Positions 44,752 to 53,283 of a DNA stretch of 64,000 bases are shown piece after piece. The notes under the pieces were generated by a model. The model did not search any database. It saw nothing but the letters and a program-made list of their open reading frames with translations, and was not told where the DNA came from. Made by a program: the position numbers and the translations under genes. Origin of the DNA: a virus; IMG/VR virus record IMGVR_UViG_2870579115_000001, positions 17,301 through 81,300 of that record; one strand, given 5' to 3'. Positions within the stretch are counted from its first letter, which is position 1. Every line of letters begins with the position of its first letter.

Positions 44752-45854
44752 GATGCCCTCTTCTTCTTCCGTTTCTCGACCCGGCCGCGGGTGCGGCGTA
44801 CGGTCTCGGCGAGGTTCTTCCGGGCGCCGTGGGCCTTCGCGACCCGGGCGGTGAGCTCGTCGTCGCTGATCTGCGGCTCGTCGGCGAGCACGTCACGGAT
44901 GGTCGCGGCGATGGAGCCGCTTTCGATCGGGGTGACCGGCGGCGTGCCGCCGTTGTCCGGGCCGTGTCCGGACGTGTCCGGGGCGGGGGTGTCCTGCGTG
45001 TCCGGACGCTGTCCGGGCACGGGCGGGACCGGAGGCGCGGCCTGCGCGGACACCTGTCCGGACGCGGGCGGGACAGGCCCGTCCACGGGGGCCGGGACCG
45101 GCTCCTTCCGCAGCATGTCCGGACCGTTGTCCGCGGTGTCCGGACGCTGTCCGGACGGCAGGGCATCGCCGTGGGCGGTAGTGATCGCCTTCGCACGGTT
45201 GGCCTCCGGCCCGTACGCGGCCTCCGCGTACGCCTCGAACGCGTTGAGGCGGCGGAGCTGCCCGGAGACGGCCATCCGTGCCGCGATCCCCTCGCGGCGG
45301 CGGCGCAGCCAGAAGGACACGCCCTGGGACAGGGGCACGGCGTAGTAGCGCAGGACGAGACTGCACAGGCCCTTGGCGAGGAGGGAGACGGCTGCCCCGG
45401 CGATTCCGGCGGCGGTCTCGCCGTGGTGGTGCCCGAAGGCGATGACCGTCCCCATGGAGATGCCGAGAGCGATCCATCCGCAGACCCGGGCGACCGTGGC
45501 GCGATCCGGGTCGAACCGCTCCAGCCACTCGACCGCGATGGCCACGAGCCACGACACGTCGAAGATCGCGGCCACGCTGTAGGCGATCAGGGCGGGCACG
45601 ATCGTGTGGAGGAGTCCGCCGATGCTGGCGGTCGTGCCGGAGACCGCGAGGAGCGTCACGACGATCGCGACCGCGGTGACCGCGCGCAGCACGATCTGGT
45701 CCCAGTCGCGGGGCGGTACCGGCACCCACGCGTCGTACGGGACGTCGCGGGTCTCGGCGTGGCCGTCGATGGTTGTGGTCTCGGGCCAGTAGCGGGTGAC
45801 CTTCTCGTAGCGCACGCCGGGGATGCGTGGCTGCTCGGTGCGGTCGTCGTGCAT
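44748..45854 (-). CDS. SpdB-like conjugative plasmid spread/transfer membrane protein
   Basis: AIFDVSWLVAIAVEWLERFDPDRATVARVCGWIALGISMGTVIAFGHHHG...ARMAVSGQLRRLNAFEAYAEAAYGPEA. Confidence 0.65.
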   Translation of the reverse strand: MHDDRTEQPRIPGVRYEKVTRYWPETTTIDGHAETRDVPYDAWVPVPPRDWDQIVLRAVTAVAIVVTLLAVSGTTASIGGLLHTIVPALIAYSVAAIFDVSWLVAIAVEWLERFDPDRATVARVCGWIALGISMGTVIAFGHHHGETAAGIAGAAVSLLAKGLCSLVLRYYAVPLSQGVSFWLRRRREGIAARMAVSGQLRRLNAFEAYAEAAYGPEANRAKAITTAHGDALPSGQRPDTADNGPDMLRKEPVPAPVDGPVPPASGQVSAQAAPPVPPVPGQRPDTQDTPAPDTSGHGPDNGGTPPVTPIESGSIAATIRDVLADEPQISDDELTARVAKAHGARKNLAETVRRTRGRVEKRKKKRAS

Positions 45855-46325
45855 GGGTCTGCCTCTCGGGTGGCGAAACAGGGGGGTGGCCGGACCGCTC
45901 CCCGGGGGAGTTCGGGGAACGGCCCGGCCGGAAGAAACCGGAAACGGTAAGGCACCGAGCCCGGTCGGCTTCGTCCCTCGCCGGTGGCCCAACGGCGCTA
46001 CTGCGGCGCGTCCTTGGGCTTCTCCGGCTTGGGCTCCTCCCGCTCGGGCGGGTAGTAGCCGCCGCGCTCCGGGTCGTAGTCGGTGCGGTGGCGCTCGTTG
46101 CCGGGCCGGTCGGGCTGGCGGGTCGGCATCGTGGCGCGCAGTCGAGGCGTCATCGTCCGGACCTCCGCGTCACCTGGCCGCCGCTGGAGCGGGCGAAGCC
46201 GGATTGCAGCCGCGCATCGGCGGCCCGCTGTTCGCGCTGCTCGGGCGTGCCGTAGTCCTCGGCCGCTTCGTCGAGGAGCCGCTTGGTGCGGTCGCTACCG
46301 CCGCTGCTGCTGCCGTTGGCGCTCA

Positions 46326-46676
46326 TCAGACGGCACCGCCGTTCGCGCCGACCAGGTCGCCGGCCAGCTCGCGGCCGATGGCACGGCGCAGGTGCAGCGC
46401 GTACTCACCGCGGGTGATGACGGCGGGCGGATTGGGCGCGGCGGCCATGGCGGTGCGGGCGATGTGCGCGGCGCGGCTGCCGATGCTCCGGCCGCACGCG
46501 TCGTACGCCTTCGCGCTGACGTTGATCAGGAGCGCGTCCTGCTCCAGCCGTCCGCCGGGGTCCAGCGTGGTGAAGTGGTCGGCGACCGCTTCGAGGACGC
46601 GACGGACCGTCGCGGTGAATTCGGGGTCCTCGGGCGAGCCCACCGGGGGGCCATTCAGATCAGTAGAGTGAGTCAT
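46326..46676 (-). CDS. hypothetical protein
   Basis: MTHSTDLNGPPVGSPEDPEFTATVRRVLEAVADHFTTLDPGG... Confidence 0.5.
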   Translation of the reverse strand: MTHSTDLNGPPVGSPEDPEFTATVRRVLEAVADHFTTLDPGGRLEQDALLINVSAKAYDACGRSIGSRAAHIARTAMAAAPNPPAVITRGEYALHLRRAIGRELAGDLVGANGGAV

Positions 46677-46710
46677 GCGTCAGCTCCTGTTGTGGCAGGT
46701 GTCTGGCGGT

Positions 46711-46822
46711 CCCGGCCCTCGCGTGCGACCGCGAGGCCGGGGTCTAGGCGGCCCGGTATGCGACTACCGGGCCGCCGCTGTACTCGGCCCCGGTTCTCGT
46801 GTGCGACCACGAAGTCCGGGGC
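46711..46822. repeat. three tandem hairpins with conserved TGCGAC loop
   Basis: 46711..46742 CCCGGCC(C)TCGCG-tgcgac-CGCGAGGCCGGG; 46747..46776 GGCGGCCCGGTA-tgcgac-TACCGGGCCGCC; 46787..46822 GCCCCGGttctcgtg-tgcgac-cacgaagtCCGGGGC. Confidence 0.8.
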
Positions 46823-46893
46823 TTTTCTGTTGTTGGATCAGAGCCTACCTGCTTGCACAACTTGCGCAAACAGGTTCGTGAGAGGATGGCGGC

Positions 46894-47205
46894 ATGCCCG
46901 ACTCCCCGAAGGGGGCGCCGACCGTACGTGAGCAGGACATCGTGATCGTTTCGATCCCGGAGATTCCGGACCGCTTGGCGGCGGAGAAGCTGCCACGCGT
47001 CGGCGCGGCGCGGGTCCGGCAACTCGTGGCGAATGACCCGGACTTCCCGCCCCCGATCTACGAGCGCGGCCGTGTGCGGCTGTGGCTGTGGAGCGCCGTG
47101 GCGCGGTACTTCCGGCAGCGCAGGCTGCGGCCGGGGTACCGCACCGACCTCGAAGAGAAGCGGGAGGCGGAGGAAGCCGGGCCGGGCGGGCAGGGCACCG
47201 AGTAG
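46894..47205 (+). CDS. small HTH/excisionase-like DNA-binding protein
   Basis: DIVIVSIPEIPDRLAAEKLPRVGAARVRQLVANDPDFPPPIYERGRVRLWLWSAVARYFRQRRLRPG. Confidence 0.6.
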   Translation: MPDSPKGAPTVREQDIVIVSIPEIPDRLAAEKLPRVGAARVRQLVANDPDFPPPIYERGRVRLWLWSAVARYFRQRRLRPGYRTDLEEKREAEEAGPGGQGTE

Positions 47206-47278
47206 GCCGGCCGTCCGCCACGTGGCTCGGCCCCCGCACCGGATCGCCGGTGCGGGGGCCGAGCCACGTTCAGGGCCG

Positions 47279-47401
47279 CTACTTGCCGCTTTCCGCGCTG
47301 CGCCGGTTGGCGTCGCCGACCTTGTCGGACAGGGCCTTGCGATCCTCTTCACTCGACATGTCGCCGCCGTGCAGCACGGCCAGGGCGTTGATACCTTCCA
47401 T
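47279..47401 (-). CDS. short hypothetical ORF
   Basis: Manual translation MEGINALAVLHGGDMSSEEDRKALSDKVGDANRRSAESGK. Confidence 0.35.
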   Translation of the reverse strand: MEGINALAVLHGGDMSSEEDRKALSDKVGDANRRSAESGK

Positions 47402-47638
47402 GCGTTCCTACTCCTGGTGTGGGATTTCAGGTGTCAGGACTGGACGGCCCTCAGCGTTGGCGTCAGCAGCGCCCGCTGGGGGCCTTCCGCATTGCTCAGT
47501 CGGCGAGGCGCGGCGCCGAGTGTTTGTGGCCACTCGGCGCCCTGCACCCTCACGGGCTGAATTCCGGGCTGTTGCACAGACCGAAGTGCCTCTAAGGTGT
47601 CTTAAGACACCTGGGGGTGTCAACACTGCGGCACTCCC

Positions 47639-48391
47639 ATGACGCCCGAACACCAAGACAGGAGGGCTGCGATGACGTCGCGACCCGACAAGTTCCGAGT
47701 GCTTGCAGAGGAGATCATCGACCGCATCAAGGCGGACGAGCTCCGCCCCGGTGACATGGTGCCGTCGGCCCGGGAGCTCGTACGGGACAAGGGGATCAGC
47801 TCGGCGACCGCCGCGCGGGTGCTGGCCGAGGTGCGTAACAGGGGCTTCGCCGAGTCCAAGCCGGGCATCGGCACCGTCGTGATTCCGCCGAAGCCGGCAC
47901 CGATAGGTGCGCTGCGGGCGGCGCAGCCGACGGCCGGCCCCGGGGAGCGCGTCGAGATCCTGGACCTGCGGCGCCTCCCCGCAACGCGTGAGGTGGCCGA
48001 CGCGCTCGGCGTCGACGAGGGGGACGAGGTCGCGGTGCGCTGCCGCCGCTACCTGGATGCCGGTGGCGTCGTCACCGTGTCGCGGACGTGGATCACCGGG
48101 GCCACTGCGGATGCCGCGCCGGAGTTCCTTGAGCCGGAGCCGCTGCCGAAGCTGACGTTCGGGCTCATCGAGGAGCGGACCGGCAGGCGGGTGACGAAGC
48201 GGCGCGACACTTACGAGCTGCGGCCGGTGCCCGGGGAGCTGGCGCCGCTGCTCGGTGACGACGTCGCCGAGGGCGACATGCACCTGGCGGCGGTGAACAT
48301 CTACTGGGACCAGAACGGCGAACCGACGGAGTTCGCCGTCGACTTCGTCGGCCCGGGCCGCTCGCTGTCGGCCGACGTCGACGTGGACTGA
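47639..48391 (+). CDS. GntR family transcriptional regulator (KorSA-like)
   Basis: FRVLAEEIIDRIKADELRPGDMVPSARELVRDKGISSATAARVLAEVRNRGFAESKPGIGTVV plus UTRA-like C-terminus; true start may be 47672. Confidence 0.85.
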   Translation: MTPEHQDRRAAMTSRPDKFRVLAEEIIDRIKADELRPGDMVPSARELVRDKGISSATAARVLAEVRNRGFAESKPGIGTVVIPPKPAPIGALRAAQPTAGPGERVEILDLRRLPATREVADALGVDEGDEVAVRCRRYLDAGGVVTVSRTWITGATADAAPEFLEPEPLPKLTFGLIEERTGRRVTKRRDTYELRPVPGELAPLLGDDVAEGDMHLAAVNIYWDQNGEPTEFAVDFVGPGRSLSADVDVD

Positions 48392-48462
48392 CCTCTGCCG
48401 CTCATCACGCGTCGGCTCTCCCACGGCAGTTGCCGGGGAGGGCCGACGTTGTGTTTCCGGCG

Positions 48463-48891
48463 TCATGGCCGGCCGTTCCGCCGGGTGTAGCGGGCGATGT
48501 CGTCGAGGGCCTGCGCCCAGTCGGTGAACCTCACCCCGTGGTCGTCGAGATACACCACGGCGGGCAGCTTGCGGCTGGTGACGAGGAGCTGGCCGCGGAT
48601 GCTCCAGAAGCGCAGCACGCCCGTTCCTGCGCAGTCCCGGCAAGTCGGGTCCGGGCGGGCTCGCTCGCACACCCGGCACCGGTCGTCGATCGTGACGTCG
48701 AAACCCTGCTCCTCCAGCCACGGCATGACCTGCTCCGGCTCACGGCTGGTGTGGATGAACACCGCGTCCCGTTCCATGAGCATGCGCAGGCCGTTCACGG
48801 CGCCCAGGACGGGCGGGTCGTAGATCGCGCCGTCCTGCCAGCCGCGCGAGTACCGGTGCACTACTCCGTCGAAGTCGACTGCGATCGTCAC
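48463..48891 (-). CDS. HAD-like phosphatase with internal Cys-rich insertion
   Basis: VTIAVDFDGVVHRYSRGW...FIHTSREPEQVMPWLEEQGF...CRVCERARPDPTCRDCAG...LPAVVYLDDHGVRFTDWAQAL. Confidence 0.7.
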   Translation of the reverse strand: MTIAVDFDGVVHRYSRGWQDGAIYDPPVLGAVNGLRMLMERDAVFIHTSREPEQVMPWLEEQGFDVTIDDRCRVCERARPDPTCRDCAGTGVLRFWSIRGQLLVTSRKLPAVVYLDDHGVRFTDWAQALDDIARYTRRNGRP

Positions 48892-49484
48892 CGGGCGCCC
48901 CCTCCCGCTCCGGCCGCCGCGGTGCGGGCGCGAACTCCCGTGCCGGACGGGGGTGGTTCGCAGTCCGTCGACAGGAACACTTCGGTGCCGATGGAGGTGT
49001 CCGGGCGGCCGAGGAGCGGCGCGGGGTCCGGCCACGGGTACGGCTCGTACGCGGGGCGGGACACGGCGACCGCGAGGGTCCGCGCGTCCGGCGCCAGGCC
49101 GTGCGGCCAGTCCCCGGGCGGGAGGTCCCGCCAGCACGGGACGAGGGTGTAGACCCAGAACCCGTCCGGTGTCAGCCACCAGGCGTCGACGGACGTGATG
49201 CGGCCCCGCCGCTCCTCGAGGACGCGCGCGAGCGCGTCGACGTCGTCGGGCTCCGCATGGTCCGGGGCCGCGGTGAGGGCGACGAGGCCGGGAACCCGGT
49301 ACTGGTCGGCCTCGCAGGTCCGGGCGCCGCTCAGGGCCTCGCTTCGGCGAGGGGCGTAGAGCAGGGACACCGGCGTCGTGAAGTGGTGCACGCTCGCCTG
49401 ATCGTGCGCGGGGGCGCCGGCTGCGGAGGACAGGGTGACGCGGACGACGTGGCACGGGGCACTTCTCGCCTGGTCATGAATCAC
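48888..49484 (-). CDS. hypothetical protein
   Basis: GTG start; ...AWWLTPDGFWVYTLVPCWRDLPPGDWPHGLAPDARTLAVAVSRPAYEPYPWP... Confidence 0.5.
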   Translation of the reverse strand: MIHDQARSAPCHVVRVTLSSAAGAPAHDQASVHHFTTPVSLLYAPRRSEALSGARTCEADQYRVPGLVALTAAPDHAEPDDVDALARVLEERRGRITSVDAWWLTPDGFWVYTLVPCWRDLPPGDWPHGLAPDARTLAVAVSRPAYEPYPWPDPAPLLGRPDTSIGTEVFLSTDCEPPPSGTGVRARTAAAGAGGGAR

Positions 49485-49923
49485 GGCGTGGCTCCTTCCG
49501 GGGGTGCTGCGGTCGGCCCCGGCCGGTGCGGGCACGCGTGGCGGTGCGGCTGGTGCTCCGGCCGCCGCGACGTGGAGGCGGGCCGTAGGGGGACGCCCAG
49601 TCCGGCCGGTCGCGGCGCGCGGCGCGGGCGGTGCGCGCGGCGGCGGCCTGTATCGGCCGGAGCGCACGGGCGATGTCGGAGAAGGCGCGGGCGGCGGCGA
49701 CGGCGACGGGCCGCAGCGCTTCGAGCATCCTGCGGATCGGGACGACCGCTTCCCGCATTGCGGCGGTCGCCTCTTCGCGGACGAGGTGCGTGTGCGGGCC
49801 GTCCTGCCCGTTCCGCACCTGGGCGATGGCGGTGACGGCTTCCTCGCCGGTCAGGTCGTGGCGGTGTACGAGTCGGGCCGTGAGGAAGAGCACGGCGCGG
49901 GCGCGGTCCTGATCCGAGATCAC
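49474..49923 (-). CDS. hypothetical protein
   Basis: GTG start; ISDQDRARAVLFLTARLVHRHDLTGEEAVTAIAQVRNG... Confidence 0.5.
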   Translation of the reverse strand: MISDQDRARAVLFLTARLVHRHDLTGEEAVTAIAQVRNGQDGPHTHLVREEATAAMREAVVPIRRMLEALRPVAVAAARAFSDIARALRPIQAAAARTARAARRDRPDWASPYGPPPRRGGRSTSRTATRARTGRGRPQHPRKEPRRDS

Positions 49924-50171
49924 GAGGGCGGCACCTTCCGGCAGTCGGGGGCGAGCAGGTGCGGCGGGAGGTCGAACGCGGCGGCGATGGCTGCGGCGAC
50001 CTGGTCGCGCCGCACCCTGCGTACGGACAGTGTCCGGACACCGGCCGTGGACGTGTCCGTGACGCTGTCCGCGCAGGCCGGGGCGGACGCCCACATGTGC
50101 GGAGGCGGCATGTCCGGGCGGTCGTCGTCGTGCGTGTCCGGGCTGTCCGGACGCTGTCCGGACACGGTCAT
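49920..50171 (-). CDS. hypothetical protein
   Basis: MTVSGQRPDSPDTHDDDRPDMPPPHMWASAPACADSVTDTSTAGVRTLSVRRVRRDQVAAAIAAAFDLPPHLLAPDCRKVPPS; overlapping starts/stops. Confidence 0.45.
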   Translation of the reverse strand: MTVSGQRPDSPDTHDDDRPDMPPPHMWASAPACADSVTDTSTAGVRTLSVRRVRRDQVAAAIAAAFDLPPHLLAPDCRKVPPS

Positions 50172-50788
50172 CCCTCGCCGCTGCGCCGGTACGTCTTCGC
50201 CCCGTTGGGCATCTCCGCCAGCGTCACGGGCGTCTGCGCGAGCTGAGGCCCGGCCTGCGGCTCCGGCTGCGGATCGGCCTGCGGTTGGGGCTCGGGCTGC
50301 GGCTGTGGTTCCGGTGCGGTCGCCGGCAGCGGGGCGGCGTCGGCTTCGGCGTCGATGACGTTCGCCCAGATCGGATGCTCGGTCCGCAGCATGAGGTGAC
50401 ACAGCTCCAGCAGCCGACCTGCGGTGTACGTGGCTGCCTGCCCGCTGACCGAGTACGGGGCGCACTGCTGGAGCGCATACGCGACCTCGTCGACGGTGGC
50501 CGGCCGGACGCCGGGCGCGGGCGACAGGGCCTCGTCCCACTGGTAGTCGCATCGCATGCAGGACCGTTCCAGCCGTTCGGGCAGCGGTCCGCGCGTCCCG
50601 GTGCGCCCGTTGAAATCGTCCATGCGTCGCGTGCATGCGGGCCGGTAGACCGTCAGCGCCTCGTGGTTGGAGCACTTCACGCAGCGGGTCAGCGCGCCGG
50701 AGTAGGGCGGCAGCGGCGGGGGCACCGTGCCGTCGCGCTGTGCGACAGCCAGGGCGCCGCCGTGGGGGGTGGTGTCGAGGTCGGTCAC
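50168..50788 (-). CDS. hypothetical protein with zinc-binding CxxC and PEPQPQ linker
   Basis: ...LTRCVKCSNHEALTVYRPACTRRMDDFNG...CMRCDYQWDEAL... Confidence 0.55.
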   Translation of the reverse strand: MTDLDTTPHGGALAVAQRDGTVPPPLPPYSGALTRCVKCSNHEALTVYRPACTRRMDDFNGRTGTRGPLPERLERSCMRCDYQWDEALSPAPGVRPATVDEVAYALQQCAPYSVSGQAATYTAGRLLELCHLMLRTEHPIWANVIDAEADAAPLPATAPEPQPQPEPQPQADPQPEPQAGPQLAQTPVTLAEMPNGAKTYRRSGEG

Positions 50789-51165
50789 GTCGTTCCTTCG
50801 GTTCGGGTGCTCTGGGACACCGCGAGGCCGCGAGGGCTCCGCGGTGGTCGGGGATGGTAGGCCAGTCGCGGACCCCCGATCCGGCGCCGCTTTCGTCGCT
50901 GGTCATAGCCGGGCAGCGGGGTGGTGAGGGTGGTTTCCGCGCGCCGTTGGCGCCGCTCGTCGGCCGCGCGGCCGGGGTCGACGAGCCACGCGAGGATGAG
51001 TGCGGCCAGCACGATCGGCGCTCCGAGGAGGAACAGCGGGTGCCAGGCCGGGCGCGCGGTCTGGGCGTCGGCCCAGCCGAGGAGACGCGACAGCAGCCGG
51101 GCGTGGCCGGCCGCGTAGACGGCGGCGGCCGTCGCGGCGGCGGCCACCGCCAGGAGGGGGCTCAC
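50785..51165 (-). CDS. membrane protein
   Basis: MSPLLAVAAAATAAAVYAAGHARLLSRLLG...HPLFLLGAPIVLAALILAWLVDPG. Confidence 0.5.
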   Translation of the reverse strand: MSPLLAVAAAATAAAVYAAGHARLLSRLLGWADAQTARPAWHPLFLLGAPIVLAALILAWLVDPGRAADERRQRRAETTLTTPLPGYDQRRKRRRIGGPRLAYHPRPPRSPRGLAVSQSTRTEGTT

Positions 51166-51785
51166 AGCGGGACCTGGCCGTGCCGGGCGTCGTCGAGGAT
51201 GCTGCGGACGACGTCGGCGGTCGGGTCGGTGACCGTGCGGTCGCCTGCGGCGTCCTGCGCGGCGGCGTCGAGCTGCCCCGCCCAGACGGCGAATCGGGTG
51301 AGGGCGGCGGCGAGATGATCCGGTGTGTCACCGGGGCCGGTGGTGTCGTCGTCGACCTCGTCGGCCACGCCTCGCAGCTTCTCCACGGCCGCCGTCCACG
51401 CATCGTGGTGGTCGGGGCCGCCGTAGCCGAACGCCTCGGGGGCGACGAGGGACGCGGCCTCGCGGTACGTCGCGGCACGGCCGCGGTTGCCGGGACGGGG
51501 CCGCCCGTCGTCGGGGCGGACGTCGAGCGGGACGGCGGCCAGGGCGTCGCCAGTCGTCGGGTCGACGAGGGGCAGCATGCCGGCCGCGACGGCGGCACGG
51601 AGCCAGTCGCGGGCGGCGGTGCGCCACACGTGCTGTTCGTTCCAGTCGAGCATGTGCCACGGCCGCTTCCCGGCGACGTCGGACGCGGCGTGCATCGTCT
51701 GGGAAAGGGCCGTGACGCGGGGGTCGGTGAAGTGGAGCCGGGCGGCGGCGTCGAGGCCCACGGACGGGGCGAGGCTGATGGTCAA
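51162..51785 (-). CDS. hypothetical protein
   Basis: TTG start with GAGGAGG upstream; TISLAPSVGLDAAARLHFTDPRVTALSQTMHAASDVAGKRPWHMLDWNEQHVWRTAARDWL... Confidence 0.5.
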   Translation of the reverse strand: MTISLAPSVGLDAAARLHFTDPRVTALSQTMHAASDVAGKRPWHMLDWNEQHVWRTAARDWLRAAVAAGMLPLVDPTTGDALAAVPLDVRPDDGRPRPGNRGRAATYREAASLVAPEAFGYGGPDHHDAWTAAVEKLRGVADEVDDDTTGPGDTPDHLAAALTRFAVWAGQLDAAAQDAAGDRTVTDPTADVVRSILDDARHGQVPL

Positions 51786-51939
51786 CGTGTCCTCCTCGTA
51801 GCGGTGTTGCTCGGGGGCGGCGCGCTCCAGCCGAACGGGGACTCTCCTCGGTCCTCGTCGACGACGACGGCCAGGAGCCGCGCAAAGTGCTGTTCGGTCG
51901 CCGGGGCGATCTGGTCTTCGGCTGTGGTGTCGGGCTGGT

Positions 51940-52311
51940 TCACGGCGAGTCCTTGCCGCTGCGGGCGAGGCACTTCGGGCTGTGGCGTTCGCCGAGGCTG
52001 GACCACCACACGCTGCACGTGCAGCCGGGCGGCACGGCGTCGGTGACGGCCTGGTCGACGGCGGCGCGCTCTTCGCGGGCGGCGGCGTCGGCCGGGGCGG
52101 GGAAGCCGGAGGCGCGGTACGGGCTCGCACTGGCCTGGTGGGCGGCTTGCCGGTACTCGCGGCGGATGGCGAGCAGCAGCGCAGCGGCGAGGAGGAACAG
52201 CGCCAGAGCGGTGTCGTCCCTTCCTCGGTCGATGGCGGTGGCGCCGTTCCACACGGCGAGGAGGTATCCGCTGCCGTAGACGGCGAGGCACATGGTCCGC
52301 ATCCGATCCAT
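51940..52311 (-). CDS. hypothetical membrane protein
   Basis: MDRMRTMCLAVYGSGYLLAVWNGATAIDRGRDDTALALFLLAAALLLAIRREYR... Confidence 0.5.
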   Translation of the reverse strand: MDRMRTMCLAVYGSGYLLAVWNGATAIDRGRDDTALALFLLAAALLLAIRREYRQAAHQASASPYRASGFPAPADAAAREERAAVDQAVTDAVPPGCTCSVWWSSLGERHSPKCLARSGKDSP

Positions 52312-52625
52312 CACCGGGCCGGCTCCTGGGAGTTGGCGGCGGCAGGCTGCGGCTGCCCCGGCGGGACGGTCACCGACGGGTTGAGCTGCCCGGCTGCCGC
52401 GAGCGCGGCAGCTATCACGACCGCGTCCTCCACGTCGCCGGGGAAGTCGGCGTTGCCTCCGGCCGGGGTGTGGACGCCGCAGTCGCCGGAGTCGTTGACG
52501 ACGGACCACACCGCGCCGGAGGGGTGCCGCAGGATGCTCAGCGGGTCGACGTCGTCGCCGGTCCAACCGGCATCTTCCAGGGCCTCGGTGACGCCCAGGC
52601 GGTCGTTCCAGGCAGCAGTGCTCAT
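52311..52625 (-). CDS. hypothetical protein
   Basis: MSTAAWNDRLGVTEALEDAGWTGDDVDPLSILRHPSGAVWSVVND... Confidence 0.5.
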   Translation of the reverse strand: MSTAAWNDRLGVTEALEDAGWTGDDVDPLSILRHPSGAVWSVVNDSGDCGVHTPAGGNADFPGDVEDAVVIAAALAAAGQLNPSVTVPPGQPQPAAANSQEPAR

Positions 52626-52846
52626 GATGCGATCTCCAGTTCTGCGAGCGGGCGCCCGCTGAGGATGAATGCGTGCAGTGCCCGGAGTCGGGCGAGGGTC
52701 CTGTTGTCGCGCCGGTTCAGGGCGCGGCGTGCGGGGGTCGGGAGCTGGTCCCAGCAGGTGCCGCACAGGACCAGGCGGGAGGGCTTCGGGGACCGGCAGG
52801 CGGGGCAAGGCGTGGCCGTGTACGTGGCGCGCGGCGGGTGGGTCAC
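52622..52846 (-). CDS. hypothetical protein with CxxC
   Basis: VTHPPRATYTATPCPACRSPKPSRLVLCGTCWDQLPTPARRALNRRDNRTLARLRALHAFILSGRPLAELEIAS. Confidence 0.45.
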   Translation of the reverse strand: MTHPPRATYTATPCPACRSPKPSRLVLCGTCWDQLPTPARRALNRRDNRTLARLRALHAFILSGRPLAELEIAS

Positions 52847-53283
52847 TGGGCTGGTTCTCCTTCGGGGTCGGGCGGGTCGGCCGCGGTGGGCCTGCCCTGG
52901 CTGGGGTGTCGTCCGCCGGTCGCCAGCGCCCGGGCGACCGCCCGGGCGCCGAACCTTTCGGCTGCGGCGTCGTGTCCGTGCGCGGTGAGGAACCGCAGCA
53001 CCTCGCCGGGCACGAAGTCCTCGGGTATCGGCCGCGCCGGTCGGCGCGAGCTGGTGCCGCACAGCAGGCATCCGTTCTCGGCGGTCGGGTCGACGGGGCC
53101 GCCGGGGTGCCGTGTGCACGCGTTCGCCCGCAGCGCTCCCCTGGCGGACGCGACCAGCAGTCGCGCACGGTCCAGCTCCTCGGCGATCTCCGTCAGCGTC
53201 CCGTCGTTGACCTCGTGACGGGCGGCGAAGTCGCCGAGGGTCCGCAGGGACCGGGCGAGCGGCGGGAGGAAGTCGGGGTTCAC
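52843..53283 (-). CDS. hypothetical protein
   Basis: MNPDFLPPLARSLRTLGDFAARHEVNDGTLTEIAEELDRARLLVASARGALRANACTRH... Confidence 0.5.
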   Translation of the reverse strand: MNPDFLPPLARSLRTLGDFAARHEVNDGTLTEIAEELDRARLLVASARGALRANACTRHPGGPVDPTAENGCLLCGTSSRRPARPIPEDFVPGEVLRFLTAHGHDAAAERFGARAVARALATGGRHPSQGRPTAADPPDPEGEPAQ

